Positions 11,710 to 19,918 of a DNA stretch of 64,000 bases are shown here, in pieces (position 1 is the first letter of the stretch; each line of letters starts with the position of its first letter). The translations under genes and the position numbers were made by a program. A model generated the notes under the pieces. The model was given only the letters and a program-made list of their open reading frames with translations, searched no databases and had not been told where the DNA came from. The DNA comes from Candidatus Multivoradales bacterium. GTDB lineage: Bacteria > Acidobacteriota > Thermoanaerobaculia > Multivoradales > JAHEKO01. Location of the stretch: positions 832,001-896,000 of the forward strand of contig CBDCXM010000009.1 in the NCBI GenBank assembly GCA_965223855.1, read 5' to 3'.

Positions 11710-12105
11710 TCAGCACCCTTCGTCCAACACCTCGAGCCGGTCGGGCAGGTTGGGAACCATGCAGAGGAACTCGAACGGCGCCTCGAGCACCTCGTAGGAG
11801 TGCGGCAGGCCGGCGGGGATGTAGAGCACGTCGCCGGTCGTCACCTCGCGCACCTCGTCGCCCAGCGTCAGGCGACCGCGACCGGTGAGGACGTACTGCT
11901 CGTGCTCGACCTGGTTGGTGTGAAGCGGCATGCCGCCCCCCTCGCCCATGATGAAGCGCCGCATGGCGAAGTTCGGCGCGCCGTCGTCGGCCCCCATGAG
12001 CAGCTGAACTTCGGTGGAGCGGCCGGCCGTGACCATTGTCCTCTCGACGGCGCGTGAGCGCTTGACGACCGCGCTCGCTGGCGCCTTCTGCGGAGATCGA
12101 GCCAT
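11710..12105 (-). CDS. Cupin domain protein
   Basis: PLHTNQVEHEQYVLTG and GDVLYIPAGLPHSY cupin motifs; SD GGAGG. Confidence 0.9.
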   Translation of the reverse strand: MARSPQKAPASAVVKRSRAVERTMVTAGRSTEVQLLMGADDGAPNFAMRRFIMGEGGGMPLHTNQVEHEQYVLTGRGRLTLGDEVREVTTGDVLYIPAGLPHSYEVLEAPFEFLCMVPNLPDRLEVLDEGC

Positions 12106-12290
12106 GGTTTCCTCCCACCATGCAGACTAGCAAGTCGGAGCCTGGCTCGCGGTTGCGGTCCGGGAGAATGAAGAGAGAGAATCTGGAGCAACCCTAACTC
12201 AGAGACCGTGGAGAGCAAGCGGTGTGCAGGAGGAGCGAATGCTGCGGGCCGCCGTCTCCAGGCGTCGAGCAGCTCCGGAGGAGGACGACG

Positions 12291-12875
12291 ATGCGCTTTC
12301 GAGCAGCACCTTTGATCACCGTATTGGCCCTGATCGCGGTTCCACCGGTCGGTTCGCAGGAGGACCCGGACGGCGGCTACTCCCCCCTGCCGGTGTTCGA
12401 GCAGTTCGGTGAACCGGCCAGCGAGGCGGACGGCCAGGCGATCGAAGCTCTCATCGAGCGCGCTGGCCGCGCCTGGCGCAGTGGAGATGTCGAAGGATCC
12501 GTCGCCGCCTACTCTGAGGACGCCGAGTGGGTGAATGCGTTCGGCGACGTGCGCCGAGGGCATGCCGAGCTCCGAGAGCAATTCCGCTACCTGTTCGCCA
12601 GGTTCGAGAGCGACACGGATGCGCAGGACTCTTCGGGCTCGGAGTCTTCGTCAGAGGCCGATGCTGCGTCGCAGAGTGCGCCGAGTCGAGGTCGAATCTC
12701 GCTGCGGCATGTAGGCCCGACCGCTGCGGTGCTTCACTCCTACGTCGAGAGCAACTGGGGGCGCAATAGGAACAGCGACGAGGGGCCGAGGCGGATCTAC
12801 ATCACCCGGGTAGTGGAGAAACGGGACGGGAACTGGTTGATCGTGCATCAGATGATCATGGATGCACGCCGCTAG
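12291..12875 (+). CDS. Secreted NTF2/SnoaL-like (SgcJ/EcaC, DUF4440-like) protein
   Basis: SD GGAGG; signal peptide; AWRSGDVE, YSEDAEWVNAFG, VVEKRDGNWLIVH. Confidence 0.75.
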   Translation: MRFRAAPLITVLALIAVPPVGSQEDPDGGYSPLPVFEQFGEPASEADGQAIEALIERAGRAWRSGDVEGSVAAYSEDAEWVNAFGDVRRGHAELREQFRYLFARFESDTDAQDSSGSESSSEADAASQSAPSRGRISLRHVGPTAAVLHSYVESNWGRNRNSDEGPRRIYITRVVEKRDGNWLIVHQMIMDARR

Positions 12876-13132
12876 AGGCAGCCGAGGGGCGGGAGCCGAA
12901 CTCGGTTCGTGCGTATCCGAGCGCCGACAGAGACCGCCGGTTAGCACGAACAACTCGGAACGCTGCGGCAGCCTCTCGCCGACAGACCGGACCGTCGGCG
13001 CCTGTTAGAACGGACGCAAGCCGGAGCTTCGCCCGGGGAAAGCGGGAGGCACCGGGTCGAAGGAGGCCCATCAAACCTCCGACCCGATGCCCCCCTTGCG
13101 GTCTGGTTGCGGTCTCTCTCCCGTCTTCGGTC

Positions 13133-13672
13133 TCAGGGCAGGGTGGTCGACCAGGCAGACGTGTTCCCGCTCTCGAAGCCGTCCTCGAAGATCAGCATCG
13201 ACGGTGGTGGGCCGGAGAGGTCGGTCAACGGCAGGCGCGCCATGTAGGCCGGCCTCGCGTTGGCCGGATCGAGGACGAAGGCGGTGCAAAGGACATCCGC
13301 AGAGTCGGCGTAGACGATCCCCGAACCCTGATCGAGGGCCGGTGTTCCGTTCGCTGTTCCGAGAACGATGTCGTCGAACAGAAGCGCCGTCCGGTGGGTC
13401 GAGAAGGTGGTGGTATTCGAGGGAGGGATCGACGCCAGGCCCTCGTACGGGGTGCCGTCGAAGTCCGTGACCTCCACCGTCACGAGCAGGGTGACGCTCG
13501 AGAAGTTGGAGCAGATGACGGATGTCGCCGCTTCGCCGGTGTTCGCGCTCTGCTCGCCGCTGTCGACGACGCCCGAGAACGCGAAGCGTGGCGCCGGGCC
13601 GTCGGGGGTCGCGGCGGGAAGCCATCCGGCGAGAAGGACTCCCACCCCACAGAGGATGGCGATTCGCTTCAT
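13133..13672 (-). CDS. Secreted protein (paralog B) with C-terminal IFEDGFESG tag
   Basis: ATG overlaps upstream TGA (ATGA); signal MKRIAILCGVGVLLAG; ends IFEDGFESGNTSAWSTTLP. Confidence 0.8.
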   Translation of the reverse strand: MKRIAILCGVGVLLAGWLPAATPDGPAPRFAFSGVVDSGEQSANTGEAATSVICSNFSSVTLLVTVEVTDFDGTPYEGLASIPPSNTTTFSTHRTALLFDDIVLGTANGTPALDQGSGIVYADSADVLCTAFVLDPANARPAYMARLPLTDLSGPPPSMLIFEDGFESGNTSAWSTTLP

Positions 13673-14220
13673 TCGAACATCTCCAGCGTCGCCAGGTACT
13701 CGGGCGTCGCGTTGGCCGGATCGACGACCGTGGCGTTGCAGATCAGGTTCGACGAGGAGGAGACGACCTGTCCGGAGCCCTGGTCGATCGCCGGGGTGCC
13801 GCCGCCGCCGCCAATGACGACGTCGTCGAAATAGAAGGCGGTGAGGTGAGTCGTGTAGGTGAGCGTGAACGAGGGGCTGATCGTGGCCGATCCGACGTGG
13901 ACGGTGCCGTCGAAGTCGAGGATCTGAACCTCGACGCTGGCGGAGGATCCGCCGGTGTTCGTACACTGAACGGAGGTCGCGGCCTCACCGGTGTTGGAGG
14001 TCTGCTCACCGCTGTCGACGGCGCCCGCGAAGCGATAGACCACGCTGCCGAGGAGCTCGGAGCTGTCGCCGAGCAGGAAGTGATCCGGCAGGTGACCGAC
14101 CTGGAAGGCTCCGGCGATCCCTCCGGCGCCTTCGGGGTAAGGGCGCTCGGCGGTGGCGGCGGTGACGGCCGAGAGCGCCACGAGAGCGATGAGACCAGGC
14201 AACTTGATACGCGAGAACAT
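13669..14220 (-). CDS. Secreted protein (paralog A), no C-terminal tag
   Basis: SD AGGAGG; signal peptide; shares VDSGEQxxNTGEAATSVxCxN, DFDGT, GTPAxDQGSG and DPANAxPxY with paralog B. Confidence 0.8.
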   Translation of the reverse strand: MFSRIKLPGLIALVALSAVTAATAERPYPEGAGGIAGAFQVGHLPDHFLLGDSSELLGSVVYRFAGAVDSGEQTSNTGEAATSVQCTNTGGSSASVEVQILDFDGTVHVGSATISPSFTLTYTTHLTAFYFDDVVIGGGGGTPAIDQGSGQVVSSSSNLICNATVVDPANATPEYLATLEMFE

Positions 14221-14294
14221 AGGTTCCTCCTTCGAGAAGCGACCGGGCGTCGTTGCCACGGACGAAGGCCGCGATTGCGGCGGCCTCTTCACTT

Positions 14295-14325
14295 GTGGCG
14301 ACGCACGAGCCGTCGCCACAACACG
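14295..14325 (-). promoter_or_regulatory. Candidate ECF sigma promoter CGTGTTGT-N17-CGCCAC (copy 1)
   Basis: Same bipartite motif and spacing at 18500-18530; upstream of paralog A; overlaps an 11-bp inverted repeat at 14293-14321. Confidence 0.55.
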
Positions 14326-14416
14326 GTCGTTCGAGGCGGAGCGGGGTCCGGGCCGCGAAGGCCCGGCTCGATAGGCCCAGCTCGATCGGGCGGGCTCGGT
14401 ACTTCGGGCTCGCGGG

Positions 14417-15109
14417 TCAGCGAACGGTGACCGGCTCGCCGAGGGTGGCATCCCCTCCGGCGTCGAAGACGGCGCCGACGTCGCTGTCGAGCGAGCCGAG
14501 GCTCGGCCAGGGCGGTGCGGTGTCGAGGAACAGCACGGGCTGGTAACTCCCGGGCTCTTCGACCTTCCAATCGAGCCGCAGGGCCCGACGCTCGCGTCGA
14601 CACGGCGGCTCGGTCGAGCAACGGAGGACGACGTCACGGTCGGAGCGATAGATGCGGATCTCGGCGACGTCGTCCGCGGCCACCCCGGCGGCGAGCTGCA
14701 CCGTCGTTCCGGGAACCACCTCCGCGCTCCGCCGCTCGGGGCCGCTGCCCTCGGCATAGGTGAGGTTCAGGGCGCCGGGCTCGATGCCCGGAGGCCGCAC
14801 CACGAGCCAGACGGCGGCGATCGACGCGGCCGCGGCGAGCCCGAACGGCAGCCAGCGCGAAGGGCGTGAGCCGAGGCTCGTCGCCGGACGAGGCTCGGAG
14901 GCCTCCTCTTCCCGAGCCGCGAGCCGCACCTTCTCGCGCCAGTCGGTGGGTGGTGCGTCCTCGGCGCCGACCTCGGCGAGAGCGGCCTCGAGTCGCCGGT
15001 ACTGCCGCTTCGCGCCCGCGCAATCGGGACAGTCCGCGAGGTGCGGGTCGCCTTCGCCCAGCGGCCGGCCGTCGGCCAGAGCGTCCTCGAACCGGTCGCA
15101 ACGACTCAC
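14417..15109 (-). CDS. Zinc-binding (ZAS, zf-HC2-type) transmembrane anti-sigma factor
   Basis: GTG overlaps sigma stop (GTGA); HLADCPDC = HxxxCxxC; TM WLPFGLAAAASIAAVWLVV; extracytoplasmic C-terminal domain. Confidence 0.8.
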   Translation of the reverse strand: MSRCDRFEDALADGRPLGEGDPHLADCPDCAGAKRQYRRLEAALAEVGAEDAPPTDWREKVRLAAREEEASEPRPATSLGSRPSRWLPFGLAAAASIAAVWLVVRPPGIEPGALNLTYAEGSGPERRSAEVVPGTTVQLAAGVAADDVAEIRIYRSDRDVVLRCSTEPPCRRERRALRLDWKVEEPGSYQPVLFLDTAPPWPSLGSLDSDVGAVFDAGGDATLGEPVTVR

Positions 15110-15720
15110 AGCGAAACTCCGTGCCCTTCGAGGCAGCCCTTCAACACCGGCAACGCACGCGCCACCCGCGCCTGCAGGGTGGGCGCCCGGTCGCCGAGGG
15201 CGTCGGACATCTCGGGGAACGAAAGGCCCGCCTGGAAGCGCAGCAGCACCGCCTCCCGAATCTTCGGCGCGATGCGCTCCAGGCAGCGCTCGAGGATCGT
15301 CGCCAGCGAGCGCTGCTCGACGGCGCTGTGCGGAGACTCGGCGGCGTCCTCGACCTCCGGCAGCTCCTCGACCAGCTCGAAGCGCGCGCTCCACCGCCGC
15401 CGCGCCTTGAGGGCGTCGAGGCAGCGGTGGCGCGCGATGCTGTAGAGCCAGGTCTTGAAGGTAGAGCGCCCCTCGAAGCGCGGCAGCGCCCGGAACGCCT
15501 GGACGAACGTGAGCTGATGGACGTCGTCTGCGAGTGCCGAGTCCCGCGTCATCTGCCGGCAGAAGCGGTAGACGGCGTCGCCGTAGCGGTCCATCAGGAG
15601 CTCGAGGGCGCCCTCGAAATCGCCCTGCGCCGCCGCCTCGGCGATCGCAGCCTCCGACCCGCGCGAAGACGGGTCGGAGGGCGGCTCGCGCCGGACTGAC
15701 GACGATTCCGAGGGCTCCAT
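15106..15720 (-). CDS. ECF family RNA polymerase sigma factor
   Basis: Region 2 ADDVHQLTFVQAF...FEGRSTFKTWLYSIARHRCLD; region 4 REAVLLRFQAGLSFPEMS...RVARA. Confidence 0.93.
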   Translation of the reverse strand: MEPSESSSVRREPPSDPSSRGSEAAIAEAAAQGDFEGALELLMDRYGDAVYRFCRQMTRDSALADDVHQLTFVQAFRALPRFEGRSTFKTWLYSIARHRCLDALKARRRWSARFELVEELPEVEDAAESPHSAVEQRSLATILERCLERIAPKIREAVLLRFQAGLSFPEMSDALGDRAPTLQARVARALPVLKGCLEGHGVSL

Positions 15721-15728
15721 CGGCGGGA

Positions 15729-16157
15729 TTATGGAACGAACAGCAGTTCGATCGGCCTGAGCAGCTTCCACTGGCTCGGCGGCGGTGGCGGTGGTACGCA
15801 GTCATCTCCCCTGAAGGTGCACTTGTTGCACTCGGCGCCCGGAGGGCATTGCGCAACCAGGTTCAGTTCGTAGACCCAGGCGCCGTTCTCCGTGCGGACG
15901 GTCTTCCCCGACTGGACGACGGTCAGCTCGTCGGCGCTGCCCGGGTCCGGAGCGTCCCCCATCGGGATGACGAGATGAACGACGCCGTCGTCCGTGGCTG
16001 TCAGCTGCAGCCCATCCTGGGTCCACTCTGAGTCGAAGGCGAGCGACTCGACCGGCTTCGAAGGTTGGCTGTCGATCTTCGCAGTGTGGGGGCACGCCAG
16101 CAGAAAGAGCGCCGGGACGAGGGCCAGCAGCAAGGCGTTGCGGGTTCTTGAGGTCAT
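15729..16157 (-). CDS. Small lipoprotein with Cys/Pro-rich C-terminus
   Basis: SD GGAGG, ATGA overlap with CHAT gene; lipobox LLAC; CPPGAECNKC...DCVPPPPPP. Confidence 0.75.
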   Translation of the reverse strand: MTSRTRNALLLALVPALFLLACPHTAKIDSQPSKPVESLAFDSEWTQDGLQLTATDDGVVHLVIPMGDAPDPGSADELTVVQSGKTVRTENGAWVYELNLVAQCPPGAECNKCTFRGDDCVPPPPPPSQWKLLRPIELLFVP

Positions 16158-18460
16158 GAGGTTCCTCCCTTTTGAGTGGAATTGGAATGAAGCGGGCGTG
16201 ATTCGAAGATGCCGAACGGTGCCCAACGGACAGGCTCGACGCCGAGAGCGATCAGCTCGCGCTGCGCCCTGGCGAGGGAACCCGGCGGATCGTCGATGCC
16301 GAGCGAGTAGAAACGCAGGACGAGCTCCCGGGCGGCGGCATCCGGCACGGAGCCGAGGGTGCCGAGCACAGACCGGCTGCCGGCCGCGAGGAAGGCGCCG
16401 GTCATCGATCCCCACAAGCCGTAGCCCTGGCGATCGGCCGACGAGCAGCTGGCGAGGACCACCAGGTCGGCCCGGAGGCTCGAGCGGACGACCTCGTCGG
16501 CGGTCAGCCGTCCGTCCGCGAGCTGGAGCCAGGCGCCGCGAGCGCCCACTCCACCGTGAGTGGCGAAGTGGAGCAGCCCGGCTCCGGCGCTCGCGAGAAC
16601 GGCCTCTCGCCTCGCTTGCGAAGCGACGAGCGCTGAGACGCCGAGGCGCCCGGCGATCTCGGCAGATTCGGTCCTGGCGTCCGGGAGGTCCTGCAGGGGG
16701 TCACCGAAGACTGCGGGAGCTCCGCCGGCGCTCGGGCCGAAGCCGCGAGAAGGCTCGCCCGCGCCGGCCGCCGCAAGACTCGGGGCGTAGGAAAGGACGT
16801 AGCTCTCCACCAGGTAACCGTCGCCGTGACGAAGTGCGGCAAAGGCGAGCGAACCGAGCGAACGGTCGGTCACGATGGTGAGTCGCGACCCGACCGGCGG
16901 CAACGCTTCGGGCGGGAGCAGGGCCCGGGAGAGGGCTCCCGCACCCTCCTCGAGAAACGCCGTCGTCAGCATCTCCTGCAGCGAGTCGGCACCGACTCCG
17001 AGATCGAAGTGCCGCGTTGCGCCGTCGCTGATCGTGACGAGCCAGGTGGTGGCCTCGGTCGAGTAGTAGTGGAGTACGTGCCGACCGGCGAGGCTTTCGA
17101 GGGTCGCCTCGATCTCCGGCCGGTCGACGGTGGCTGAGCGGCGAACCGGTGGCACGAGCTCGCTCAGCGCCGCGAGTCGCTCTCGAGCCTCGCCGGCGAA
17201 GTCGCCGCCGCCGATCGAGGCCGAGGTCGAATCGACGAACGCCTCGACGAAGGCGACCGATCGCGAGCGCTCCGCCACCTCGAGGGCCGCGGCGACCCTG
17301 CCCCGGCGCAGCTCGAGCGAGACGAGCGCCTCGTAGGCCGAGCGGCGATAGTCGACCGTCCAGGCCGCGAGGTCGTCGACGCCGATCTCGCGGCGGAGCG
17401 CCTCGGTCGCCTCGATCGAGCGGCGATAGCTGTCGCCGGCGACGTCGAAGTTTCCGCGTTGCTCCTCGATCTCTCCGTGGAGACGGTGGAGGTCGCGCGA
17501 CCAGCTCGGACCGGGTTGGAGGACGACCGCCTCGGCAATCCTCGCCAGCGCAACCTCCAGGTCACCGTGCTCACGCTGGACCCGGGCCTCGTAGTAGAGG
17601 AGAGCCGGGTTCGCAGGACCGTCCGGGCGGGCGTACCGTTGGGCCTGAGCGAGGTGCTCGGCCGCGCGAGCGACGTCGCCCAGCTCCAGGTTGGCCTTGA
17701 CGAGGTTGAGGTGGTTGGCTCGCCGGAAGTCGGCGTCCTCGGAGCCGAGAGCGAGGGCTCGCTCGTAGTCGCGTCGGGCGATCGCCGGCCTGCCGAGGTT
17801 CATCTGCAGGATCCCGCGATAGACCGCCAGCCGCGCCCGGGTCGCGGCGTCGTCCTCGCGAACGAGACGGTCCGCTTCATCGAGCGCCTCGAGCGCCCGC
17901 TCGCGGTCGCCGACTTCGGTGAGCACCCGTGCCAGCGCCTCGGCGGCGCGCAGGGTCGCCTCGTCGTTGCCCGCCAACGTGGCATGGCGGTAGCTCTCGA
18001 CGGCGAACTCGAGTGCGGTGCGCAGATCGTCGTCCGGCCTCGCTGAAGCGAAGTAGAAGCCGCGGTAGGCGGCGAGCGCCGCGCCGTCGTCGTCCTGCCG
18101 GCCTCGGAACAGCTCGAACTGCCGCCGCGCCGCCTCGCCGGCCTCGTCGAGTCGGCCCTGCCGCCAGCGGATCATCGCGACCTGCGTGAGCGCCTCCGCT
18201 TCCCGAGCGGTCCCTGCGACCTCGCCGAACCAGGAGAGCGCCTCGTCGTCGTTGCCCAGTTCGTAGTGGGCGCGCACGAGTGCCGCCGCGGAGGCCGGAT
18301 CACTTTTCTGGTCCCAGGCTGCTCGGCAGGTCGTCAAGGCGTTGTTCCAGTCGCTCGCTTCGATCGAGGCGTGACAGGGGCCGGCCTCCTCGCCGCCGGG
18401 CTTCTCGCCGACACACGCCGCGAGGATCGCGACGAACAGGAACGTCCGCAGTGTCCTCAT
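16154..18460 (-). CDS. Exported TPR-CHAT (caspase-like) protease, predicted lipoprotein
   Basis: Lipobox ILAAC; TPR-like helical repeats; AERSRS; CHAT catalytic motifs LLHFATHG and LVVLASCSS; AFLAAGSRSVLGTL; WAPF. Confidence 0.88.
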   Translation of the reverse strand: MRTLRTFLFVAILAACVGEKPGGEEAGPCHASIEASDWNNALTTCRAAWDQKSDPASAAALVRAHYELGNDDEALSWFGEVAGTAREAEALTQVAMIRWRQGRLDEAGEAARRQFELFRGRQDDDGAALAAYRGFYFASARPDDDLRTALEFAVESYRHATLAGNDEATLRAAEALARVLTEVGDRERALEALDEADRLVREDDAATRARLAVYRGILQMNLGRPAIARRDYERALALGSEDADFRRANHLNLVKANLELGDVARAAEHLAQAQRYARPDGPANPALLYYEARVQREHGDLEVALARIAEAVVLQPGPSWSRDLHRLHGEIEEQRGNFDVAGDSYRRSIEATEALRREIGVDDLAAWTVDYRRSAYEALVSLELRRGRVAAALEVAERSRSVAFVEAFVDSTSASIGGGDFAGEARERLAALSELVPPVRRSATVDRPEIEATLESLAGRHVLHYYSTEATTWLVTISDGATRHFDLGVGADSLQEMLTTAFLEEGAGALSRALLPPEALPPVGSRLTIVTDRSLGSLAFAALRHGDGYLVESYVLSYAPSLAAAGAGEPSRGFGPSAGGAPAVFGDPLQDLPDARTESAEIAGRLGVSALVASQARREAVLASAGAGLLHFATHGGVGARGAWLQLADGRLTADEVVRSSLRADLVVLASCSSADRQGYGLWGSMTGAFLAAGSRSVLGTLGSVPDAAARELVLRFYSLGIDDPPGSLARAQRELIALGVEPVRWAPFGIFESRPLHSNSTQKGGTS

Positions 18461-18499
18461 CCGGACGGCGGCGGTGAGTCGGGCCGACTCCCGTTGGTA

Positions 18500-18530
18500 G
18501 TGGCGCCTCGGCACGCCGCGAGACAACACG
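18500..18530 (-). promoter_or_regulatory. Candidate ECF sigma promoter CGTGTTGT-N17-CGCCAC (copy 2)
   Basis: Forward gtggcg (18500-18505), 17 nt, acaacacg (18523-18530); about 40 nt upstream of the CHAT ATG. Confidence 0.55.
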
Positions 18531-18708
18531 AACGGACGCAGAGGTCTCCGGACGCCCGGGTCCTGCTGCCGGGCGGCTCCATGCGTCGGTGACCCCGATC
18601 GCGAAGGGAGAGAAACCCAACCAACTCAAACATTCCAGAACTCCGAGGAAACGCGATGTGCCGGCAGGCTAGCAGCTGCGGGCTGTGGCATCATCGCCGT
18701 CTGTCGCC

Positions 18709-19896
18709 ATGGCCACCGATCGCATCCTCGTCGTCGGCGCCGGAGTGTTCGGCCTCGCAGCGGCGCTCGAGCTCGACCGGCGCGGCTATCGGGTCGAGGT
18801 CCTCGAGGCGGGGACGGTGCCCCATCCACTCGCCGGCGGCACTGACATCAGCAAGGTGTGCCGCATGGAGTACGGCGCCGACGAGGGCTACATGGCGTGG
18901 ATGGAGGAGGCGCGCGAGGGGTGGCTCGAGTTCAACGCCGAGTGCCGTCGCGCGGGGCGCGACGAGCTCTACCACGAGACGGGGGTGCTGATGGTCAGCC
19001 TCGACCCGATGGCGCCCGGTCGCTTCGAGCACGAGAGCTACCGGAGCCTGCTGCGTCGCGGCCACTCCCCGGAGCGCCTCGACGGTGCCGAGCTGGCGCG
19101 ACGCTTCCCGGCATGGAGCAAGCAGTTCGTCGACGGCTTCTATCACTCCAAGGGGGGCTGGGCGGAGAGCGGGCGGGTTGCCGAGGAGCTGGCGCGGCGG
19201 GCGCGCGAGCGCGGGATCGAGCTGCGCGAGGAGACGCCGGTGGAGGCGATCCTCGACGGCGGTGTGCGGATCGCCGGGGGCGAGGAGGTGCGGGCCGAAC
19301 GCGTCGTCGTCGCCGCCGGATCGTGGACCGGCGAGCTCCTGCCGCATCTCGCGCCCGCCCTGCGACGCTCCTACCACCCGGTCTGGCACTTGCGGGTCGA
19401 AGACGCCGACCTCTTCGCCCCCGAGCGGTTCCCGGTCTTCACCGCCGACGTCAACCGCACCGGCTTCTACGGCTTTCCGCTCCACCCGCTGGCCGGCGTC
19501 GTCAAGGTGGCGCACCACGGGCCGGCGGTCGAGCCGGGGCCCGACGGCGAGCTGGTGGCGACGCCGGAGCACACGGCGCAGTTCCGGCGCTTCCTCGAAG
19601 AGCGGATGCCCGCCCTTGCGGGCGCCGAGATCGTTTCCACCCGGTTGTGCCCGTACTGCGACAGCCAGGACGAAGACTTCTGGATCACGGCCGACCCGGA
19701 TCGGCCCGCCGTCGTCGTCGCGAGCGGCGGCAGCGGGCACGGCTTCAAGTTCACTCCGGTGCTCGGGGCGGTGATCGCCGACGCGGTCGAGGGCCGTGAG
19801 CATCCGATGCTCCCGCGCTTCGGCTGGCGCCCCGAGCTGCGACTCGAGCACGGCAACGAGGCGTCGCGCTGCCACGATGCGGGATCTCTCGGCTGA
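18709..19896 (+). CDS. FAD-dependent oxidoreductase (sarcosine oxidase/fructosyl-amino acid oxidase family)
   Basis: VVGAGVFG Rossmann motif, DISKVCRMEYG, GFYGFP, CPYCD, SGHGFKF. Confidence 0.88.
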   Translation: MATDRILVVGAGVFGLAAALELDRRGYRVEVLEAGTVPHPLAGGTDISKVCRMEYGADEGYMAWMEEAREGWLEFNAECRRAGRDELYHETGVLMVSLDPMAPGRFEHESYRSLLRRGHSPERLDGAELARRFPAWSKQFVDGFYHSKGGWAESGRVAEELARRARERGIELREETPVEAILDGGVRIAGGEEVRAERVVVAAGSWTGELLPHLAPALRRSYHPVWHLRVEDADLFAPERFPVFTADVNRTGFYGFPLHPLAGVVKVAHHGPAVEPGPDGELVATPEHTAQFRRFLEERMPALAGAEIVSTRLCPYCDSQDEDFWITADPDRPAVVVASGGSGHGFKFTPVLGAVIADAVEGREHPMLPRFGWRPELRLEHGNEASRCHDAGSLG

Positions 19897-19918
19897 ATCG
19901 CGTCTGGATGAGGAGAGC

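Noticed and set aside
16154-18460. CHAT protease as part of a type III-E CRISPR (Craspase) locus
   Set aside because: No Cas7-11 gene or array in the window, and the protein has a lipoprotein signal.
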